Source: Gemmatimonadota bacterium (GTDB taxonomy: Bacteria; Gemmatimonadota; Gemmatimonadetes; Gemmatimonadales; GWC2-71-9). Taken from it: a DNA stretch of 64,000 bases. This document shows, piece by piece, positions 55,279 to 64,000 of this stretch. The first letter of the stretch is position 1. Each line of letters begins with the position of its first letter. The notes beneath the pieces were generated by a model that saw only the letters and a list, made by a program, of their open reading frames with translations, was not told where the DNA came from and did no database searches. The DNA is taken from the NCBI GenBank assembly GCA_003221035.1, contig QHUB01000030.1:28763-92762 (forward strand), written 5' to 3'. The translations under genes were made by a program, and so were the position numbers.

Positions 55279-57777
55279 CTACACCGCCCGGGCGAAATGG
55301 CCCCGCGTATACTCCCGCCCCGTGACCGCCCGCACTGCGCCGGGATCGGGCGCTCGGGCCTCGGCCAGTGCATCGAGCGATGCGCGATACGCAGCCGTTA
55401 CCCGCGCGACGGGATCGCCCGGAACGTTGAACACCAGCCGATACGTGCGAAATCCGGCGCGCCACAGGTCCGGCAGGTACGCGGAGCCGTCCACCGGACG
55501 CGAATGCAGCAGACGGTTGCGGCAGGCATAATCGGTGGCCACCGGGAAGGCGTAACCCGCGGGATCGGTAAGCTCGACATTGGGATGTTTCTGCACGCAG
55601 AGGTCACGGCAGGTGGCGACCTCGCGGTCGAACGCCGCCGACAACACGCAGTGCTCGAGCGTCATTCCCTCGGGGCGACCGTACACGAACACCTCGAAGC
55701 CTCGGCCTTCCCATGGCCTCGCCACCTGCGCCATCTCAGCGCCGGTCAGCTCGACCGACAGCACGATGCGACGCGCGCCCAGCCGGAACACCTCGGCCGC
55801 GCTGTGCTGGTTGAAGACATTCACGGCGTAATCCGCGACCACGTCGCGGCCCTCCCCCTTGGCCGCCAGCTCGGCGACCATGCCGAGGTGACCACTGACG
55901 AGCGGTGTGCCAAGGGCCAGCCACTTCTCGACGAGCTTGCGGTCGGCGGGCCGGACGATGGTCGGCGTACGGAGTCGCAGCGTGACGCCCCGCTCGGACA
56001 GCTCGGCGGCGAGCTGCTTGACGCGTGCGACCGGCGGCATCGGATGCCGGAGAAACAGATCGAGCGAGATCTCCTCGGCACCTGCTTCTGCCGCGAGCAG
56101 CGCATCCTCGAGACGCCAGACTTCGGCGACGAGTCTCGGCGCGAGACCGTCGCGACGGTCCGTTTCCACACTGGCGATCGCGTCGTCGATCGCGCGAGCG
56201 CGGGTCTCGTGGCGGAGACGACTATCCCGTTCCAGATGCCCGCTCAGGATCTGCACGGCCTGCCGCCGCAGATCGTTGAGGACGCTGACCGGAACGAAGA
56301 GATCCTGCGCGAGGCCGGAAACATCGAGCTCGCCCAGGGTGAAGGAGGTCTCGCCGAGGCGGCCGAGCTGATCGCGGAGGCGCCGTTCGTCGAGCCCGTG
56401 GCGCGTAGCGGGCGCGAGTGCGGTCGTGCTCTTCACTGTCACCTCATCGGCGCCGGTGCGGCAGATGAGCGTGAGCGGCTCGCCGGGGGCACCCAGTGCC
56501 GTGACATCCATGCGAGTGCGCTCGGGCGTTCCCGTGGCAGGAACGGCGGCAAAGCTCTCGCGCGCGCGAGCGAGTAGCGCGGCTTCGGCGGAGCGCACCA
56601 CGGTCCAGCCGGCCGGAATATCCTCCGCCGGCTCGATCGCCTGACGGACTTTCCCGTGCTCGCGGCCCCCCCCGATCGTCCGGACGCTGCGGACGCCGAA
56701 GCCGCGGTTGCCTTTGTCCGGGCCCTCGGGATGCTCGAAGCCGAGTCCGTCGCCGCGCTGGATCGGCTGCGAGACCGACACGATCAGCTCGTCCTTTTCT
56801 CGACCGATCACGACGCCGAGTACCGCGCCGCGATTGTCCGGCTGGGTGCGGGTCACGTAGTCGCGCCCCGCGCGGCCGCCGTACATCCCGCCGGTGAAGC
56901 CGCGCGAGAAGATCTGCACCAGGGGCTGGACTTCGGCGGGTGTGGGCGGACGGGAGTCGCCCGCGGCAAGCCGGTCGAGAAACTCGCGGTAGCCGTGCGT
57001 CACGGTCGCCACGTATTCGGGTTTCTTCTTGCGACCCTCAACCTTGAGCGTATGGATCCCGGCGTCGGCGATGTCGGCGAGATGCTCCCACGCGCCGAGG
57101 TCTTTGGCGGAGATCAGGTAGCCGCGGTCCAGCTCCTCGCCGCTCGCGGTATCGGTGAGCACGTAGTCCTTGCGGCACGACTGGGCGCAGGATCCGCGGT
57201 TGGCGCTGCGCTCGGAAATCATGCCGGACATATAGCACTGTCCGGAGTACGCGATGCAGAGCGCGCCGTGGACGAAGCTCTCGAGCCCGAGCTCCGGCAC
57301 CGCGCGCCGGATGGTGCGGATGTCGTCCAGAGTATTCTCGCGCGCGAGCACCACGCGGTCACATCCCAGCTCGCGCAGCACGCGGGCGCCGTGCTCGTCG
57401 TGCACGGTCATCTGGGTCGAGCCATGAATTTCCAGGCCCGGGTAGACTTTGTTGATGAGCCGCACGGCGCCGAGGTCCTGCACGATGGCGGCGTCGATGC
57501 CGCGGTCGATGCACTCGCCGAGGTGATGCAGCGCGTCGTGCAGCTCGGCCGGCTTGAAGAGGATGTTGAACGTCAGATAGATCCTGGCCCCCCTCCCGGG
57601 CGCGTGCGCCAGGCGGCAGGCTTGCTCTAGTGTCTCCAGGGTGAGCTGCGCGCCCTCGTCCCGGGCATTGAATTTGTCCACGCCGAGGTAGATGGCATCG
57701 GCGCCGTTGCCGAGCGCGGCACGAACGGCGTCGAGGCTTCCGGCGGGGGCGAGGAGCTCAGGGACGGGGCGGTACAT
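55279..57777 (-). CDS. Double-module peptidase U32-family protein (832 aa)
   Basis: N-terminal U32 module with the Cys cluster CIAYSGQCYMSGMISERSANRGSCAQSC. The C-terminal second U32-like module has EHC...TCRDLC. Confidence 0.85.
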   Translation of the reverse strand: MYRPVPELLAPAGSLDAVRAALGNGADAIYLGVDKFNARDEGAQLTLETLEQACRLAHAPGRGARIYLTFNILFKPAELHDALHHLGECIDRGIDAAIVQDLGAVRLINKVYPGLEIHGSTQMTVHDEHGARVLRELGCDRVVLARENTLDDIRTIRRAVPELGLESFVHGALCIAYSGQCYMSGMISERSANRGSCAQSCRKDYVLTDTASGEELDRGYLISAKDLGAWEHLADIADAGIHTLKVEGRKKKPEYVATVTHGYREFLDRLAAGDSRPPTPAEVQPLVQIFSRGFTGGMYGGRAGRDYVTRTQPDNRGAVLGVVIGREKDELIVSVSQPIQRGDGLGFEHPEGPDKGNRGFGVRSVRTIGGGREHGKVRQAIEPAEDIPAGWTVVRSAEAALLARARESFAAVPATGTPERTRMDVTALGAPGEPLTLICRTGADEVTVKSTTALAPATRHGLDERRLRDQLGRLGETSFTLGELDVSGLAQDLFVPVSVLNDLRRQAVQILSGHLERDSRLRHETRARAIDDAIASVETDRRDGLAPRLVAEVWRLEDALLAAEAGAEEISLDLFLRHPMPPVARVKQLAAELSERGVTLRLRTPTIVRPADRKLVEKWLALGTPLVSGHLGMVAELAAKGEGRDVVADYAVNVFNQHSAAEVFRLGARRIVLSVELTGAEMAQVARPWEGRGFEVFVYGRPEGMTLEHCVLSAAFDREVATCRDLCVQKHPNVELTDPAGYAFPVATDYACRNRLLHSRPVDGSAYLPDLWRAGFRTYRLVFNVPGDPVARVTAAYRASLDALAEARAPDPGAVRAVTGREYTRGHFARAV

Positions 57778-57831
57778 GCGGGAAAGCTAGCCGCGGGGTG
57801 TGGTCCGCGCGCCGCCCGGTTCAAGCGCGTC

Positions 57832-59140
57832 TCAGCTCACGAACTGCGCTTTCTCGGTCGAGCCCTCCATGGCCACCGTCGAGCTGCGGCCGCCGTGCAC
57901 GATCTGCGTGATCTCGTCGAAATAGCCGACGCCCACGAACTCCTGATGTTTCACGGCCTCGTAGCCGTCCTGCTCCGCGGCGAATTCCTCGGATTGCAAG
58001 TCGGCGTACGCCGCCATCCCGCGCTCGCGGTACTCCTGGGCCAGCGTGAACATGCGATGGTTCAGCGCGTGGAAGCCGGACAGGGTGACGAACTGGAATC
58101 TGTATCCCATCGCCCCGAGCTCCCGCTGGAAGCTCGCGAGCTGTGATTCGCTGAGGTGACGCTTCCAGTTGAACGACGGCGAGCAGTTGTAGGCGAGCAG
58201 CTTGCCGGGATACTCCCGGTGGATGGCCTCGGCGAATTGGCGGGCCTCCGCGAGATCAGGCTTGGCGGTCTCGAACCAGAGCATGTCGGCGTAGGGCGCG
58301 TAGGCGCGCGCGCGCGCGATCGCCGCCTCGACGCCGTCCTTGATCACGTAGAAGCCTTCGGGCGAGCGCTCGCCGGTACACCAGCGGCGGTCGTACTCGT
58401 CGATGTCGCTGGTCAAGAGACCCGCGCTGTTCGCGTCGGTGCGCGCGATGAGGATCGTGTCCACCCCGCAGACGTCTGCTGCCAGCCGCGCAGCAACCAG
58501 CTTGCTGACGAATTCGCTCGTGGGCACGAGGACCTTGCCGCCGAGGTGGCCGCATTTCTTGACCGAGGAGAGCTGGTCCTCGAAGTGCACGCCGGCGGCG
58601 CCGGCCGCGATCATCAGCTTCATCAGCTCATACGCGTTGAGCACGCCGCCGAATCCCGCCTCGGCGTCGGCCACCAGCGGCACGAACCAGTCGACCGTGT
58701 GGTCGCCGTTCATGTGATGGACCTCGTCGGCACGGCGCAGCGCGTTCTGGATCCGGCAAATCAAATTGGGGACGCTGTCGGACGGATACAGGCTCTGATC
58801 GGGATACATCGTCAACGCGCAGTTCGCGTCGGCAGCCACCTGCCAGCCGCTGATGTAGATCGCCTTGAGCCCGGCCTTCACCTGCTGTACCGCCTGGTTG
58901 CCGGTGAGGGCCGAGAGCACCGCGACGTACGGCTCCTCGCGCATCAGCTTCCACAGACGCGCCGCACCGTGGCTGGCGAGCGTGTACTGGATCGGCAGCG
59001 TGCCGCGCAGCCGATACACATCTTCGGGTGTGTAGGCGCGCGTGATGCCTTGCCAGCGCCGGTCGCTGCGCCAGCGCACATCGAGCTCTGCGACAAATTC
59101 CCGTTGGGTGACGCCGCGGCCCTTGCCGTTGCTCTTGCCG

Positions 59141-59157
<17 letters not shown>
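57832..59157 (-). CDS. aceA: Isocitrate lyase
   Basis: KKCGHLGGK signature, and IARTDA. Confidence 0.95.
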
Positions 59158-60748
<1,591 letters not shown>

Positions 60749-60812
60749 CTTCGTGTCGTGATGTTTTGGCAAGTGTTGTGCCTCCGGGCGGCGTGCGTTC
60801 TTATTACCCACG

Positions 60813-62948
60813 ATGGTAACGACTTCCACGATCGGCCGGTCCGTTCCTAGGCGGGAAGGCGCCGCCAAGGTCACGGGGGCCGCGCTATATACCGACGACC
60901 TGGTCGTGGCGGACGCCTGGTACGGCCAGACGGTCAGGTCCACCATCCCCAGAGGACGGATCCGCTCCATCACCCTCGATCCTGAATTCGACTGGGAGCG
61001 CGTGGTGGTGGTCACGGCGGACGACATCCCGGGCGAGAACGTGGTGCACCTCATCCGGGACGATCAGCCCGTGCTGGCGCGCGTGGGGGGAGAGATCCGG
61101 CATCGGGAGGAGCCGATCCTGCTCCTGGCGGCCCCCGATCGGAACACGCTCGAGGAAGCGGTCCGGCACGTCCGGATCGACTACGACCCGGCCGAGCCGG
61201 TCTATGCGCTGGAGGAGGCGACCGAGGTCTACAGCACCATCAACATCCGGAAGGGCAAGGATTTCGAGGATGTCGAAGGTGTCGAACTCGTTGTCGAGCG
61301 CAGCTTTCGCGTCGGTCTGCAGGAACAGCTCTACATCGAGCCGCAGGGAGCGATCGCGATCCCCTGGAGAGAGCGGGGAGCCGGCAGCAGAGAGCCGGGG
61401 GTCACGATCATAGGGTCGTTGCAATGCCCCTACTACGTCCACCGAGCCCTGAAGCGCGCGCTCAAGCTGACCGATGAGCAGGCCGTCGTGGTTCAGGCCG
61501 AGACCGGCGGGGGATTTGGAGGGAAGGAGGAATACCCCTCCATGGTGGCGATTCACGCCGCGCTCCTCGCCCGCAAGGCCGGGCGCCCGGTCCGGCTGAT
61601 CTACGATCGCCACGAGGACCTCGCCGCCACGACCAAGCGTCATCCAGGGGTCATCCGCCACCGCACCGGCGTCAAGAAGGATGGCACCCTGCTCAGCCAG
61701 GATATCGAGATCGTGCTGGACGGGGGTGGCTACTGCACGCTGACGCCGGTCGTGCTCTCGCGGGCGGCGATTCATGCGACTGGACCCTACTCCTGTCCGA
61801 ACGTGCGGATCCACGCCCGGGCCGTGGCGACCAACACGCCGCCGAACGGTGCGTTCCGCGGCTTTGGCGCGCCGCAGTCGCTGTTCGCCGCCGAACTGAT
61901 GGTCGAGCACGTGGCGGAGCGGCTGGGGATGTCGAGTGTGGATCTGCGGCGCAAGTGGATGTTGCGGCTGGGCGACACAACTGCAACTGGCCAGACACTC
62001 ACCGAGAGTGTGGGGGCTGAGCTGGTACTGGATGCGGCTCTGAAAGCTGCCTCGGCGGTCGGGCGGTCTGGCGGTCGGGCGGTCAAGCGAGGCAGGGGAT
62101 TGTCACTCGTTTTTCATGGGTCGGGCTTCACTGGTAGCGGTGAGAAGAAGCTTCAGGGTACCCTCGCAATGGAAGCCTTAGCGGATGGCACGTTCCGGAT
62201 CCTCACAGCTTCGACTGAGATCGGGCAGGGGACGAAGACGATCTTTTGTCAGCTTGCCGCCGACGCATTGGGGGTCGGGTTGGACAAGGTAGACCTGGCT
62301 CCGCAGGACACCTCACTCGTTCCTGACTCGGGGCCGACGGTCGCCTCGCGCACCGCGATGATCGTCGGCCGGCTCGTCCAGGAAGCCGCGACGGAAATCA
62401 AGGATCGACTCCAGCGCGAGCGGGCGCCGATCAAGGTCCAGAAGTCGTACGTCCAGCCCGACTCGATTCATTGGGACGAAACGACCTACACGGGCGACGC
62501 CTATCCCATCTACGCCTGGGCGTGCACGATCGCCGACGTGGATGTGGACATGACGACCGGCGAGGTGCGGGTCACCGATCTCGTCACGGCCGTGGATTGT
62601 GGTAAGGCACTGCATCCGGTCATGGCCGAAGGACAGATCGAGGGCGGCACCCTGCAGGCGGTGGGATGGGCGACGATCGAAGAGATCAAGATGAAGGATG
62701 GCGGCTATCAAAACGATCGCCTGGCCACGTACCTGATTCCCACGGCGCTCGATGCGCCGCGGATCAAGACCATTCTCGTCGAAAATCCGTACTCGCGCGG
62801 CCCATTCGGAGCCAAAGGCATCGGTGAGCTGCCGATGGATGGTCCCGCTCCCGCCATCATCGCGGCCATTCACGACGCGACGGGCGTCTGGCTCGACGAG
62901 ATCCCGGCGACTCCAGAGAGAGTTTTAGCGGCATGCGCTTCACGCTGA
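60813..62948 (+). CDS. Xanthine dehydrogenase-family molybdopterin-binding subunit
   Basis: [22 protein letters not shown], and [14 protein letters not shown] at the C-terminus. Confidence 0.9.
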   Translation: MVTTSTIGRSVPRREGAAKVTGAALYTDDLVVADAWYGQTVRSTIPRGRIRSITLDPEFDWERVVVVTADDIPGENVVHLIRDDQPVLARVGGEIRHREEPILLLAAPDRNTLEEAVRHVRIDYDPAEPVYALEEATEVYSTINIRKGKDFEDVEGVELVVERSFRVGLQEQLYIEPQGAIAIPWRERGAGSREPGVTIIGSLQCPYYVHRALKRALKLTDEQAVVVQAETGGGFGGKEEYPSMVAIHAALLARKAGRPVRLIYDRHEDLAATTKRHPGVIRHRTGVKKDGTLLSQDIEIVLDGGGYCTLTPVVLSRAAIHATGPYSCPNVRIHARAVATNTPPNGAFRGFGAPQSLFAAELMVEHVAERLGMSSVDLRRKWMLRLGDTTATGQTLTESVGAELVLDAALKAASAVGRSGGRAVKRGRGLSLVFHGSGFTGSGEKKLQGTLAMEALADGTFRILTASTEIGQGTKTIFCQLAADALGVGLDKVDLAPQDTSLVPDSGPTVASRTAMIVGRLVQEAATEIKDRLQRERAPIKVQKSYVQPDSIHWDETTYTGDAYPIYAWACTIADVDVDMTTGEVRVTDLVTAVDCGKALHPVMAEGQIEGGTLQAVGWATIEEIKMKDGGYQNDRLATYLIPTALDAPRIKTILVENPYSRGPFGAKGIGELPMDGPAPAIIAAIHDATGVWLDEIPATPERVLAACASR
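62054..62084 (+). repeat. Tandem 8-mer (G/T)GGCGGTC x4 inside the XDH-family gene
   Basis: GGCGGTC GGGCGGTC TGGCGGTC GGGCGGTC encodes [10 protein letters not shown]. The period is not a multiple of 3. Confidence 0.8.
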
Positions 62949-63382
62949 ATGGCGCAGCGGTTTCGCTCGACGTCGTTGGTTCACGTCGTTTGCTTGACGT
63001 ATTGCGCGAAGATCTCGGGAAAACCGGCACCAAAGAGGGTTGCGGTGAAGGCGAATGCGGTGCCTGCTCCGTGCTGATCGATGGTGAGGTCGTCGACAGC
63101 TGCCTGGTCGCGGTGGGTCAGGTCGAAGGTCGCAATGTCATTACAGTGGAAGGACTGGCGGGACCTCGCGGCGAGCTGTCGCTGCTGCAGCAGGCATTCA
63201 TCGAGCACGGCGCCGCGCAGTGCGGGATCTGCACGCCGGGAATGCTGCTCGCGGCCCACGTCTTGCTAAAGAAGGAACAACGCCCGGACGCCGATGACGT
63301 GCGAGAGGCCCTCGCCGGCAATCTGTGCCGGTGTACCGGCTACACGAAAATCATCGAGGCGGTGCTGTCATGCGGGACGTGA
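62933..63382 (+). CDS. (2Fe-2S)-binding subunit of XDH-family enzyme
   Basis: CGEGECGACSV and CGICTPG...CRCTGY motifs. Confidence 0.9.
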   Translation: MRFTLNGAAVSLDVVGSRRLLDVLREDLGKTGTKEGCGEGECGACSVLIDGEVVDSCLVAVGQVEGRNVITVEGLAGPRGELSLLQQAFIEHGAAQCGICTPGMLLAAHVLLKKEQRPDADDVREALAGNLCRCTGYTKIIEAVLSCGT

Positions 63383-64000
63383 CATACCTCCGCCCCGGGA
63401 ACGTCAGGGACGCAGTGCAGTTATACCGAACGACCCCAGGGTGTCGCCCGCTCGCGGGCGGCACGGATCTCATGGTCATGCTTCACGCAGGAACGCTTCG
63501 GCCCGCGCCGCGCGCGGTGCTCGACCTGTGGTCGTTGCCGGAGCTCAAGGGTGTGCGTCGGGCGAATGACGTGCTCGAAATCGGTGCCGCGGAGCCGTAC
63601 ACCGGCATCATCGGCTCGCGCGATGCACAGGAATCGGTCCCGGCGCTGGTTGCCGCTGCGCGAACCATCGGTGCAGCGCAGATCCAGAATCGCGGCACCC
63701 TGGGGGGCAATCTCGCCAACGCCTCGCCCGCCGGGGATACGCTTCCCGTGCTGCTCGCGTACGACGCCGTCGTGGTGACAGATCGGCGCTCGATTCCGAT
63801 CGACGAATTCTTCGTCGGATATCGCAAGACGGCGCTCGCGGACGACGAGCTGATCACCGCCGTTCGGCTGCCTTTAGGGCGCGACGTCGTGTTTCGCAAA
63901 GTCGGCACGCGCGCCGCGCAGGCGATTTCGAAGGTCGTTCTTGCAGTGAGCCGCGAACCCGCGCGGATCGCGATCGGCTCGGTCGCCGAAATACCGCTGC
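63370..64000 (+). CDS. FAD-binding (CO dehydrogenase flavoprotein-like) subunit, partial (runs off window end)
   Basis: Own translation from ATG 63370 gives MRDVTYLRPGNVRDAVQLY...LAGGTDLMVM...IQNRGTLGGNLANASPAGD. Not in the track because there is no stop in the window. Confidence 0.85.
   Translation, partial: MRDVTYLRPGNVRDAVQLYRTTPGCRPLAGGTDLMVMLHAGTLRPAPRAVLDLWSLPELKGVRRANDVLEIGAAEPYTGIIGSRDAQESVPALVAAARTIGAAQIQNRGTLGGNLANASPAGDTLPVLLAYDAVVVTDRRSIPIDEFFVGYRKTALADDELITAVRLPLGRDVVFRKVGTRAAQAISKVVLAVSREPARIAIGSVAEIPL

Overview
High-GC (by eye, not computed), densely coding bacterial chromosomal segment with about 55 credible protein genes, one tRNA, and no rRNA, CRISPR array, transposase or integrase. 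The many long antisense ORFs in the track are high-GC artefacts.

Layout:
- 0-10 kb: ArsR-type regulator plus periplasmic redox and metal-flavoured proteins (DUF4142, amicyanin-like cupredoxin, cytochrome c, Met-rich Spy/CpxP-like protein, DUF4198). There is also a mixed minus-strand gene string (Big2/PQQ-propeller lipoprotein, PLD, His-rich membrane protein, 5'-3' exonuclease).
- 10.7-14.7 kb: GMC oxidoreductase, Tat subunit, lipoprotein and an uncharacterised secreted protein. That protein has a paralog at 17.2-18.6 kb.
- 15.5-17 kb: collapsed kdp locus. kdpF is intact, kdpA is frameshifted and truncated and joined directly to a 5'-truncated kdpE, and kdpB/C/D are absent.
- 19.2 kb: tRNA-Thr(CGU), then a Leu-rich leader peptide with terminator/antiterminator.
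- 19.5-29.7 kb: operon leuA-ilvB-(ilvN-like ACT fused in frame to ilvC)-leuC-leuD-leuB-ilvD-pheA.
- 29.7-36.3 kb: two translationally coupled hybrid histidine kinases. One is a 1636-aa cytoplasmic poly-HAMP protein built from 276-bp tandem repeats.
- 36.5-44.9 kb: Tat-dependent Gfo/Idh/MocA oxidoreductase, glgX, a PilT-like ATPase operon with two unknown small proteins, and an ABC exporter.
- 44.9-45.4 kb: four-helix-bundle (23S-IVS-type) gene bracketed by 46-nt inverted repeats.
- 45.4-54.6 kb: seven-gene reductive pyrimidine catabolism operon whose cistron junctions carry assorted short repeats and hairpins.
- 54.6-64 kb: low-GC DHFR-family gene, double U32 protein, aceB-aceA, and a divergent XDH-family Mo-enzyme cluster.

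Lineage guess (Gemmatimonadota- or Acidobacteriota-like soil bacterium) is inference only. All function calls rest on motifs I recognise in the translations. No database search was run.
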